Shown here in pieces: positions 9,247-19,392 of a stretch of 19,643 bases of DNA. The position numbers and the translations under genes were made by a program. The notes beneath the pieces were generated by a model. It saw nothing but the letters and a program-made list of their open reading frames with translations. It ran no database searches and was not told where the DNA came from. This DNA is from a bacterium (GTDB taxonomy: Bacteria > Oederibacteriota > PGYV01 > Palsa-1178), in the NCBI GenBank assembly GCA_037138355.1, contig JBAXIL010000033.1, positions 1 to 19,643 of the forward strand, read 5' to 3'. The stretch's first letter is position 1, and every line of letters begins with the position of its first letter.

Positions 9247-9960
9247 ATGGCCGCTAAAGTTAAAGTAAAAAAGAAACTTACATTTATTCAGGTTCAGATA
9301 TTAATCTTTACCATTGTAGGATTTTTACTGGGAGCATTCATAAGTGCTGTGTATTTCAATCAACTTTTTGATACTTTTATGGTTCAAAAGCTGAAATATA
9401 TTGAGCAAGACTGGAGCAAAACAGAATATTTTGCAAATAGATTAGCGGATCAGACTATTGCTTTAAAGAAATTGCTCACACAGGATAAAATAAAGAATGT
9501 GGACTATCAAGCTTTTGATAAGACAATTGACATAAGAAGCAGAATCATAGGTGGAGACACACTCGAAGAAAAAGTGCCTTTGCTTAAGCAGTTTGAACAG
9601 GAAGTCAACACTGTAATAAGTTTTTATAATTCAAGAGTGGACTTGAGAAAGAAAAGATTTTCATATATGGAGTGGGGAAATATGACACAGGAATACATAA
9701 AAGAATATGAACCCACAAAACCAGAGTATAATGAATCAGCAGATGATTTTAACGGAAAGCTAAAAATCTTTCCTTATAGTTGGGTAGCTCAAAAGAAAAA
9801 ATACAAAGCTTTGCCTTTGACAGAGGAAGGCAAAATAACGCCGGTGCAGATGGCTACCGAGAAATACTTTAAACCGATCCCAGGGGCTCCGAGAGAAGTT
9901 GTAGGAGCAGTCCCAGGAGAAAAAAGCGCTCCAGACCCTGAGGTCAACGCCAAAAAGTAA
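9247..9960 (+). CDS. Divergent LemA-family membrane-anchored protein
   Basis: Single N-terminal TM helix. IEQDWSKTEYFANRLAD aligns by eye with the LemA W...RRAD motif, and YNESADDFNGKLKIFPYSWVA with YN...YN....FP...A. Strong RBS. The 3' end overlaps rnpB. Confidence 0.7.
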   Translation: MAAKVKVKKKLTFIQVQILIFTIVGFLLGAFISAVYFNQLFDTFMVQKLKYIEQDWSKTEYFANRLADQTIALKKLLTQDKIKNVDYQAFDKTIDIRSRIIGGDTLEEKVPLLKQFEQEVNTVISFYNSRVDLRKKRFSYMEWGNMTQEYIKEYEPTKPEYNESADDFNGKLKIFPYSWVAQKKKYKALPLTEEGKITPVQMATEKYFKPIPGAPREVVGAVPGEKSAPDPEVNAKK

Positions 9961-10353
9961 GTATTTCCCGGAGGAAAGTCCGGACTCCAAGAAGTGCGGT
10001 GCCTGGTGAAAGCCAGGGCATGGCGGGTTAAGCCGCTGTGATGGATAGTGCAACAGAAAATAAACCGCCAGTTATTTGAAGTAGCGCAAGCTATGGAAAA
10101 TAAATGGTAAGGGTGAAAAGGTGAGGTAAGAGCTTACCGCGTATTCCGTGAGGCATACGGCATTGAAAACCCCGCCGGGAGCAAGGCCAAATAGAGGGCA
10201 ATAGTTCTGTTTTAGCCGTAAGGCAAAAAACAGAGCGGGACAACTTCAGTCCTTATGCCCGGGTAGGCTGCATAGAGTAATTGTCATCATCCGTTATCGC
10301 GCTTACGCGTTATAGCGGAAACAGAATCCGGCTTATACACCGGCGTTGTTTTG
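9831..10353 (+). ncRNA. rnpB: RNase P RNA, bacterial type A, lacking P18
   Basis: GAGGAAAGTCCGGACTCC at 9971, AGTGCAACAGAAA, GGGTGAAAAGGTGAGGTAAGAG, GAGCAAGGCCAAATAG, GGGTAGGCTGC, ACAGAATCCGGCTTA near 10321-10335. P1 = 9831-9846/10338-10353, P2 = 9849-9854/10283-10288, P3 = 9857-9869/9959-9971. Exact mature ends are uncertain. Confidence 0.96.
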
Positions 10354-10379
10354 TACTTCCTCTGACAAGTAAGTGAACG

Positions 10380-10445
10380 AAGCCAAAAGCTAAAAGCCAA
10401 AAAAGTGTTGGACAAGTGTTGGCTGGAAGTTTTTGGCTTTTTTTT
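10380..10445 (+). terminator. Probable intrinsic terminator after rnpB
   Basis: Nested hairpin: AGCCAAAAGCT (10381-10391) pairs with AGTTTTTGGCT (10428-10438), and inner AGCCAA pairs with TTGGCT. A T-run follows to 10445. Confidence 0.65.
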
Positions 10446-10491
10446 GTGAATTAGTTTCTTGGCATGTAAATAAAATCTAATGGATGTGTAA

Positions 10492-11307
10492 ATGTATAAT
10501 TATACTGACCTTCACCTGCATACGACTCACTCTTGGGATGCAGAACAGAGTATTGAGGTATTGATAAAAAAAGCATATAAAGAAGATATACAGTTTTTGG
10601 GTTTAACAGAACATTTGGATTTTCATAATAATCATCCGCAGAGTTATATGTATTTGGATTATGATAAATATTCAAAAGCAGTTGACGAGGCAAAAAAAGA
10701 TTTTCCAGGTCTTATAAAAGGTGTGGAAGTAGGCGAACCCAATATATATACTGAGCTATATGATAGATATATGGACGGAAAAGCTTTTGATTTCATTATG
10801 GCTTCTGTTCACTGGATAGATGGTGCCACTCCTGTATTTGAAGAATATTTTAAACGGTATAAGACTTATGATGATGCGTATAAAAAATATTTTGAAGAAA
10901 TATACAAGCTTGTTTCGTATGGCAAGTTTGATGCTGTGGCACACTTAACGCTGGTACACAGACAGGGCAATAGATTGTATAAAGAATATTCATATGAAAA
11001 GTATCAAAAAGAAATTGATGATATCCTAAAAGTAATTATAAAAAATAAATTGGCACTTGAAGTTAATTGTTCTGGACTTAGACATCCAGCAAGAGAGCTA
11101 ATACCAGATGAAAATGTAATAAAAGCCTATATAAAGATGGGTGGAAACTCGATATTTATAGGTTCTGACAGTCACACGCTGAGAGATTCTTTTTATGGTT
11201 TAAAGCAGGGTTATGAAATGCTCGACAAGTTGCAAGTAAAAGAAATAGTGATTTTTGAAAACAGAAAACAAATAAGAATGCCTTTGAAGAAGGATATTGT
11301 TGAATAA
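10492..11307 (+). CDS. PHP-family histidinol-phosphatase (HisJ/HisK type)
   Basis: DLHLHT, LTEHLD, GVEVG, DFIMASVH, AHL, LEVNCSG and GSDSH are the PHP metal-binding motifs. Confidence 0.85.
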   Translation: MYNYTDLHLHTTHSWDAEQSIEVLIKKAYKEDIQFLGLTEHLDFHNNHPQSYMYLDYDKYSKAVDEAKKDFPGLIKGVEVGEPNIYTELYDRYMDGKAFDFIMASVHWIDGATPVFEEYFKRYKTYDDAYKKYFEEIYKLVSYGKFDAVAHLTLVHRQGNRLYKEYSYEKYQKEIDDILKVIIKNKLALEVNCSGLRHPARELIPDENVIKAYIKMGGNSIFIGSDSHTLRDSFYGLKQGYEMLDKLQVKEIVIFENRKQIRMPLKKDIVE

Positions 11308-11330
11308 AATATGATTGAGAAAGGTTAATA

Positions 11331-12347
11331 GTGAAGATTAATATAAACAATTTAAACGAAGCCAGGCCTTTTATTACAAAAGATTCCTCGATTATTCGCT
11401 CTATACTTGATTTGACAAATGCGAAGGTTAAAAACTTATCTCTTGCAGAAGCTGTTATTGTTAAAGGCAAAGCTACTATGACACATAAGCATATGAAGAG
11501 TGAAGAAATCTATTACTTCACGCAGGGAAAAGGCATTATGATATTTAACGGAAAAGAAAAAATTTCGGTAAAAACAGGTGACGGGGTGCTCATACCACCT
11601 GGGACAAGTCATAAGCTAATCAATACAGGAAAAATTGATATAAAAATACTATGTGTTTGTGCACCACCTTACTCACATGAAGACACTATAGTTTCTGAAA
11701 ACAAATACAAGCTTATTATTTTTGATTTTGACGGGACGCTGGTTGATAGTGCCACAGGTATATGGCATACTGCAAATGAAATGGCAAAGAAATATAAAAT
11801 GAAGGCCTTTGAAAGAAAGTTAATTGTACAAGCAGTAGGAACTGGACTTGACAATTTTCTTGCTGATTTATTTCCAAAGCAGGTAAAACAAATAGGAATT
11901 AAAGCTTTAATTAAAATATATCGCGCTATTTATGATGTGAAGTATAAGAAGGGCTTGAAAATATACAAAAATGTAAAGCAGACCTTGAAAAATTTGCATG
12001 ATAAGGGAGTCGTACTTGCCATAGCTTCAAACAAGCTTAAAAGATATGTAGAAAATATAAATAAGGAACTTGGAATAGATAAATATTTTGATATTACTTT
12101 AGGGAGTGATGATGTTTTGAGACGCAAGCCAGATCCTTTTGTGGTTTTTTATCTTATGAAAAAATATCAGTTAGATAAGTCCGAAGTGCTATTTGTAGGC
12201 GATAGCCAGTATGATGTGGAAACAGCGAATAATGCTGGAGTAGATTGCGTTTATTTAGAATATGGATACGCAGATAAAAAAATAATCAAAAAACTTAAAC
12301 CAAAATATTCTTTAAGTGACTTTGGAACTTTAAGGGAGATGATGTAA
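11331..12347 (+). CDS. Cupin domain fused to a HAD-IA hydrolase (Gph/PpaX-like phosphatase)
   Basis: N-terminal HKH...EEIYY...G...IPPGTSH cupin motif. The C-terminal part has DFDGTLVDS, ASNK, KPDP and VGDSQYD (HAD motifs I-IV). GTG start. Confidence 0.85.
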   Translation: MKININNLNEARPFITKDSSIIRSILDLTNAKVKNLSLAEAVIVKGKATMTHKHMKSEEIYYFTQGKGIMIFNGKEKISVKTGDGVLIPPGTSHKLINTGKIDIKILCVCAPPYSHEDTIVSENKYKLIIFDFDGTLVDSATGIWHTANEMAKKYKMKAFERKLIVQAVGTGLDNFLADLFPKQVKQIGIKALIKIYRAIYDVKYKKGLKIYKNVKQTLKNLHDKGVVLAIASNKLKRYVENINKELGIDKYFDITLGSDDVLRRKPDPFVVFYLMKKYQLDKSEVLFVGDSQYDVETANNAGVDCVYLEYGYADKKIIKKLKPKYSLSDFGTLREMM

Positions 12348-13262
12348 ATGGAACTGATTATTAATTCCATAGTGCCAGTATTTTTAATTGTGGCTATGGG
12401 ATATTTTTTTAGAAAAACAAAAATCATAGATGATGCTGTTGAAAAGTTTTTAAATAATATTGCTTACTATCTTCTTTTACCTGCCATGATTTTTATAAGC
12501 ATATATAAGTCACCTTTTGAAACTATTGTAAACATTCGTATGGTCGTAGGAATATATGCAGGTGCATTTATAGTATTTATAATAGCCGCGGTTATTGCTT
12601 TGGCATATCCAAAAGAAAAACGCGCTGGCTTTGTGCTGCCAACATTCAGAACAAATATTGCTTATATTGGTTTTCCACTCATACTGCACGCTTATGGGCA
12701 GTTAGCCTTAGCTGAGATAAGCGTGTTAACAGGTTTTATCGCTCCTGTTACAATTACATTTTCCATAATTTATTTAAAAATCTTATACAGGGATAAAGAT
12801 AAAAATACAAAAGGAATTGTTTACCATGTATTTACTGACCCACTCGTAATTAGTTCAATTGTAGGTATTGCTTTTTCTTATTTTAAAATTAGGCTTCCAC
12901 AGTTTGCTGTAAATACAGTTGATCTCATTTCTTCTATGGGGTCGCCACTCATGTTAATAGCAGTTGGAGCAGGACTTAAAATATCAACAATCAATAAAGA
13001 TAAAATGCTGGTGGTAATTTCTTCTGCCTTAAAATTAATAATACAGCCAGCAATAAGTTTTTTTATATTTACATATTTAATTCCTTTAACAGGCCTTGAG
13101 TTTAAGGTGGCTGTTATGACTTTCTCATTTCCATCGGCTTTGTCTACCTATATTATGGTAAAGCAATATAAAGGAGATGGGGAACTCACCGCTGCTATTA
13201 TTATGGCAACCACTCTACTCTCAATATTAACAATGTCTGCATGGATTTTATTATTGGGTTAA
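12348..13262 (+). CDS. AEC (auxin efflux carrier / malate permease) family transporter
   Basis: About 10 hydrophobic helices with LPAMIF, NIAYIGFP, PLMLIAVG, KLIIQP, PSA and TTLLS, all typical of AEC proteins. ATG directly follows the upstream TAA. Confidence 0.88.
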   Translation: MELIINSIVPVFLIVAMGYFFRKTKIIDDAVEKFLNNIAYYLLLPAMIFISIYKSPFETIVNIRMVVGIYAGAFIVFIIAAVIALAYPKEKRAGFVLPTFRTNIAYIGFPLILHAYGQLALAEISVLTGFIAPVTITFSIIYLKILYRDKDKNTKGIVYHVFTDPLVISSIVGIAFSYFKIRLPQFAVNTVDLISSMGSPLMLIAVGAGLKISTINKDKMLVVISSALKLIIQPAISFFIFTYLIPLTGLEFKVAVMTFSFPSALSTYIMVKQYKGDGELTAAIIMATTLLSILTMSAWILLLG

Positions 13263-13343
13263 AGTTTTTTAATTTCTCTTTGTAAGTTTCTTGGCAGTAA
13301 AAAACACCGAAAATATGATTGCTATAGGTGTTTATATGATAGT

Positions 13344-13488
13344 TGTGAGAATACTGTGTGTATTACAACCAAAAACCATAAATACCATTTGAAATAAGGC
13401 GTTTTGTTGAAATAACGAATGTGTGTAAGCTGTGGACAAACTTTCATTAAATAATCATAATAATAAGGTATTTATATAGTTATACACA
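13344..13488. promoter_or_regulatory. Cluster of DnaA-box-like 9-mers next to a very AT-rich tract
   Basis: TTATACACA at 13480-13488 (perfect TTWTNCACA). On the opposite strand: TGTGTGTAA 13420-13428 and TGTGGACAA 13431-13439 (tandem, one mismatch each), TGTGTATTA 13357-13365, and the weaker TGTGAGAAT 13344-13352. Confidence 0.5.
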
Positions 13489-13644
13489 AATTTTATTTAA
13501 AGTTAATAAAATAAATATTAACATAAAACTTACTTAATTATCATTCAAATAAATTACTATAGCAGAATATAATAATTTTAATGAATATTTACTATAATTG
13601 TTCTTAAAAAATCTTTTTAATCGTTTCATAATTGGGTAAATTAA

Positions 13645-15186
<1,542 letters not shown>

Positions 15187-15208
15187 AAAAAAACAAAGGA
15201 AGAACATA

Positions 15209-16756
15209 ATGAAACATGATACTATTTTAGTTTTAGATTTTGGTTCACAGTACACGCAACTTATAGCGCGTAGAGTAAGAGAAATGGACATATATTCTGA
15301 GATAGTCCCTTTTAATACATCTATAGAAAAAATAAAACAAATAGCCCCAAAAGGCATTATTTTATCCGGTAGTCCGGCGTCTATTTATGATAAAAAACCG
15401 CCTTTACCTGATATGAAGATATTTGATTTAGGGCTACCTATACTTGGTATATGTTATGGCATGCAGGTAATAGCAAAAAAATTCGGTGGAAAAGTTGAAA
15501 AATCAGACCATAGGGAATACGGTTTTACAGAGCTTAAGATAGAAGTAAAAGAACAGCTTTTAAACCAGCTTTTTAAGCAGGAAATAGTTTGGATGAGCCA
15601 TGGGGACAAACTTGTAAAAAGTCCTATAGGATTTAAAACTATTGCTGTCACCGAAAGTTCTGACTTTGCGGTTATTTCAAATACTGAAAAAAAGATATGG
15701 GGTATACAGTTTCACCCTGAAGTAGTACATACGAAAAATGGCAAAATAATACTTGAAAATTTCTGTGTTGATATATGCAAAGCAAAACAGAACTGGACTC
15801 CAGAGTCATATATAAAAACGGCTGTAGAAGAAATAAAAAACAGAGTTGGCAATGAAAGAGTGCTTTGTGGTGTTTCGGGCGGAGTGGATTCGACAGTGGC
15901 TTCGGTGCTAATTAGTAAAGCTGTAGGAGATAGATTGACCTGTGTGTTCGTAGATAATGGAATGCTAAGACTTGACGAAGATAAAAAAGTTATGGAAATG
16001 TTTAAAAAGCTCGGCATAAAAGTAACTCTGATAAAAGCCGCAGATGAATTTTTGAAAAGATTAAAAAAAGTTACTGACCCAGAGAAAAAAAGAAAAATCA
16101 TAGGGAATTATTTTATAGAAGTTTTTGAAAAGCATACAAAAAAATTAAAGAAAAAAATGGGTCGTTTTGAATTTCTTGCACAAGGAACACTTTATCCAGA
16201 TATTATAGAGAGCGTTTCTGTTAAGGGACCTTCTGCTATGATAAAGTCGCATCACAATGTAGGCGGACTGCCTGAAAAAATGGAAATGAAGCTCATAGAA
16301 CCGCTGAAGTTTTTATTTAAAGACGAAGTAAGAGAAATAGGGAAAAAGCTTGGCATAGCACAGGATGTTTTGTGGCGTCAACCTTTTCCAGGACCAGGTC
16401 TTGCTGTGAGGATACTTGGTGATATTACAAAAGAAAGAACTACAATTCTAAAAAAAGCAGATAATATTATAGTAGAAGAAATAAAAAAAGCTGGATTATA
16501 TTTTAAAATATGGCAGTCCTTTGGAGTTTTACTTCCTATTAAGACAGTTGGTGTCATGGGTGATTTGAGGACTTATGAAAATGTGATAGCTCTAAGAGCT
16601 GTCGATTCAAAAGATGGCATGACGGCTGAGTGGGTAAAACTGCCTTATGATGTTTTAAACTCTATAAGCTCAAGAGTAATTAATGAAGTAAAAGGTGTAA
16701 ATAGGGTGGTGTATGATATATCAAATAAACCGCCTGCAACAATTGAATGGGAATAA
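15209..16756 (+). CDS. guaA: GMP synthase (glutamine-hydrolysing)
   Basis: [57 protein letters not shown]. Confidence 0.98.
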   Translation: MKHDTILVLDFGSQYTQLIARRVREMDIYSEIVPFNTSIEKIKQIAPKGIILSGSPASIYDKKPPLPDMKIFDLGLPILGICYGMQVIAKKFGGKVEKSDHREYGFTELKIEVKEQLLNQLFKQEIVWMSHGDKLVKSPIGFKTIAVTESSDFAVISNTEKKIWGIQFHPEVVHTKNGKIILENFCVDICKAKQNWTPESYIKTAVEEIKNRVGNERVLCGVSGGVDSTVASVLISKAVGDRLTCVFVDNGMLRLDEDKKVMEMFKKLGIKVTLIKAADEFLKRLKKVTDPEKKRKIIGNYFIEVFEKHTKKLKKKMGRFEFLAQGTLYPDIIESVSVKGPSAMIKSHHNVGGLPEKMEMKLIEPLKFLFKDEVREIGKKLGIAQDVLWRQPFPGPGLAVRILGDITKERTTILKKADNIIVEEIKKAGLYFKIWQSFGVLLPIKTVGVMGDLRTYENVIALRAVDSKDGMTAEWVKLPYDVLNSISSRVINEVKGVNRVVYDISNKPPATIEWE

Positions 16757-16826
16757 AGAAATATAATAAATATAAATAATGTTTGAGGCATAAGGGTTAT
16801 TATATCGAAAAGAGGGGGGCGAAACG

Positions 16827-18851
16827 ATGATTTCTTTCGGACGGCACATTTGCAATGATTTTAATGCTGCGATAGAAAAAGAGTGGATTATTACAAACAA
16901 GATGGGCAGTTATTCATCTTCCACCATCCTTATGAGTAATACAAGAAAACATCATGGGCTATTAGTTGCAAAATACCCAGGTATAGACACTCGTATCGTT
17001 ATTTTCCCTAACTGCGATGAAGATGTAGAAATAGCAGGTAACATATACAGTATTTCAACTCACAAATATAAAGAAACCATATATCCTAAGGGTTACTCGC
17101 ACCTCGAAAACTTTACTTTAAAAGATGATATGGTGACTTTTCTTTTTCTTATAGATAATGTCAGGTTAAAAAAAGAAATATATCTAATGAAAGACACAAA
17201 CACTATTGTTATCACTTATACGGTTTTAACTCCAAATTCTTTTGTGAAGCTTCATGTGAAGCCATTTATTGCATTTAGGGAAACAGAAACTGTATTGCGT
17301 GAAATTAATATCTTTGAAGCAAATGCTGAAGTTATATCCCAGGAAAAAATAAAAATACAGCCATATAAAAATGTTCCGCCTGCTTATATATATAATCCGG
17401 ACAAATCAGAGTTTACTCTTAATGGAGTATGGTACAGAGATTTTACTTATTTGAGAGAAGCCCAGTCAGGTTTTGACTCTGTAGAGGATTTATATAATGT
17501 AGGTATTTTTAATATGGAAATAGAATACAATAAACCAAAGTCCATAATATTTTCAACAGACGATATGGAAAATGTAAGCGCTGAAAAGTTACATGCCAAA
17601 TATAAAACACAAATGAAACAAGTAAAGGATTTGTGCCACGAAGTTGGGGCATGCATGCGAGATGATGATTACAGCACCAACATACAACAGCTTATATTTG
17701 CCGCTGAATCATTTGCCATAAAAGATAATGAAGATAAACCAATGGTCTTAACAGGTTATCCGTATCCAAACTATATATGGTTTAGGGATACTTTTGCTGC
17801 TATGCCAGGACTTTATCTTGTTCTTAAAAAGTTTGACGAAGCAAAAAGCATACTAATTGATTCTTTGAAGTATGAAAAAAATGGGCTCCTTCCATTTATT
17901 ATGACTATGAATAAAAATGACATAAAATATACTTCTGTAGATACTACTTTGTGGTTTTTTTATGCGCTATATAAATATTTGGAATACACAAAAGATTATG
18001 CACTTGTGGATAAAAATGGAGATTTTTTTAAAAGACTTACTTGGATAATACAAAAACATGTAGAAGGCACTGACTATAATATACATATGGATGATGATGG
18101 CCTGCTCTATGCTGGATATCAGGGGTTACAGTTAACATGGATGGACACTAAAGTCGGTGGAACTACTCCTACAGCAAGACAGGGAAAAGCTGTAGAAGTT
18201 AATGCCCTTTGGTATAATGCAATAAAAATAATGGAGTATATCACAATCCATAATAATGAAACTGAAATGGCAAACGGTTATAAAGAAATGGCTGAAAAAA
18301 TATATAAAAGTTTTAATGAAAAATTTTGGAATGAAGAAGATGGAAGTCTTTATGATTGTCTGGAAAATGGAAATAAGGACGCGAGTATTAGACCAAATCA
18401 GATTATGGCAATAAGTTTACCTTTTGTCTTAATTGATGATGCAGATAAGAAAGAAATGATAATGAACTCTATAATCAAAGAGTTGTATACTTCTTTTGGT
18501 TTGCGGACATTGTCAAATATGAATAATAATTTTAAGGCCCGTTATGATGGAAATCAAGCAACTCGCGATGCTGCAGCACATCAGGGTACAGTTTGGGCTT
18601 GGACCATAGGGCATTTTGTAACTGCGTATTTAAAAACTTTTGGTAAGGGAAAAGATTCTCTGGCTTTTATTGAAACGGTATATGAACCGATTTTTGAACA
18701 TTTAAAAACTGCAGGATTAGGAACTGTTTCGGAAATGTTTGATGGTAATTTCCCGTATAATGCTCGCGGGAGAACTTCACATGCTTGGGCAGTGGCGGAA
18801 TTATTGCGTTCATATTTAGAAGATTACTTAGACCTAAATGCAAAAGACTAA
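16827..18851 (+). CDS. Glycogen debranching enzyme (amylo-alpha-1,6-glucosidase, GDE_N + GDE_C)
   Basis: EWIITNKMGSYSS, TRKHHGLL, GYP...WFRDT, QLTWMD, RQGKAVEVNALWYNA, RPNQ, GLRTL, HQGTVWAW, SEMFDG, AWAVAE. Confidence 0.92.
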   Translation: MISFGRHICNDFNAAIEKEWIITNKMGSYSSSTILMSNTRKHHGLLVAKYPGIDTRIVIFPNCDEDVEIAGNIYSISTHKYKETIYPKGYSHLENFTLKDDMVTFLFLIDNVRLKKEIYLMKDTNTIVITYTVLTPNSFVKLHVKPFIAFRETETVLREINIFEANAEVISQEKIKIQPYKNVPPAYIYNPDKSEFTLNGVWYRDFTYLREAQSGFDSVEDLYNVGIFNMEIEYNKPKSIIFSTDDMENVSAEKLHAKYKTQMKQVKDLCHEVGACMRDDDYSTNIQQLIFAAESFAIKDNEDKPMVLTGYPYPNYIWFRDTFAAMPGLYLVLKKFDEAKSILIDSLKYEKNGLLPFIMTMNKNDIKYTSVDTTLWFFYALYKYLEYTKDYALVDKNGDFFKRLTWIIQKHVEGTDYNIHMDDDGLLYAGYQGLQLTWMDTKVGGTTPTARQGKAVEVNALWYNAIKIMEYITIHNNETEMANGYKEMAEKIYKSFNEKFWNEEDGSLYDCLENGNKDASIRPNQIMAISLPFVLIDDADKKEMIMNSIIKELYTSFGLRTLSNMNNNFKARYDGNQATRDAAAHQGTVWAWTIGHFVTAYLKTFGKGKDSLAFIETVYEPIFEHLKTAGLGTVSEMFDGNFPYNARGRTSHAWAVAELLRSYLEDYLDLNAKD

Positions 18852-19383
18852 TATATTAGTTATTTCCGCAAGTCCGAGAAGTGGAAGCAATTCGGCTTTA
18901 GCGGCTACCTACTTAATTAGTAAAGTCAATCAAATCGTCGAAATGGTTGCTATTAATAATCTTAAAATCCAGCCTTGTAATGCCTGTGATAAGTGTAAAG
19001 TTACTTTAAAATGTGTATTTAATGATGAGGCAGATACGCTAATTGAGTCAGTTGAAAAAGCTGATATTGTTATAGTAGCAACTCCTATTTATTTCACAGG
19101 TGTACCAGGGGCTTTGAAAAACTTCATAGATAGAAATCAAGTACAGTGGTATAAAAAAATTAAGGATGGAAATAAAAAAGGAATTATTATATTGACGCAA
19201 GGGGATGTAAAAGATAAATATTTCAAACCAGCAGAGAGTGAGATAAGGTCGTTTTTTGCGGTAAACAATATAAAGACAGTTGCGGTACTAAAGTTTAAGG
19301 ATATGGACGAAGAGGGAAAGATATTTAAGGATAAAAAAGCTTTAAATCGTTTAAATAAAGTTCGGCATTTGTTATTAAAATAA
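18838..19383 (+). CDS. Flavodoxin-fold iron-sulfur flavoprotein / NADPH-dependent FMN reductase
   Basis: SPRSGSNS, PCNACDKC....C, ATPIYF, LKNFIDR. Overlaps the upstream gene by 14 nt. Confidence 0.85.
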   Translation: MQKTNILVISASPRSGSNSALAATYLISKVNQIVEMVAINNLKIQPCNACDKCKVTLKCVFNDEADTLIESVEKADIVIVATPIYFTGVPGALKNFIDRNQVQWYKKIKDGNKKGIIILTQGDVKDKYFKPAESEIRSFFAVNNIKTVAVLKFKDMDEEGKIFKDKKALNRLNKVRHLLLK

Positions 19384-19392
19384 GGCGGTTAT

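Noticed and set aside
9727..9822. Possible internal rnpB promoter (TATAAT 9727-9732; TTGACA 9817-9822)
   Set aside because: Neither hexamer has a correctly spaced partner, and the TTGACA is part of the extended stem. It cannot be fully excluded without TSS data.
9939..9960. CAACGCC (9945-9951) as an alternative P1 5' strand for a shorter rnpB
   Set aside because: It gives only 7 bp and leaves no P2 or P3 5' strands. The 9831-9869 segment supplies P1, P2 and P3 in the correct order.
9760..10053. 97-aa minus-strand ORF across the lemA-like/rnpB junction
   Set aside because: It is antisense to a CDS and a structured RNA, with no RBS or protein-like features.
10380..10445. Short direct repeats (AGCCAAAA x2, AAGTGTTGG x2) as a CRISPR or mobile-element end
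   Set aside because: They are too short, have no spacers, and are explained by the terminator hairpin.
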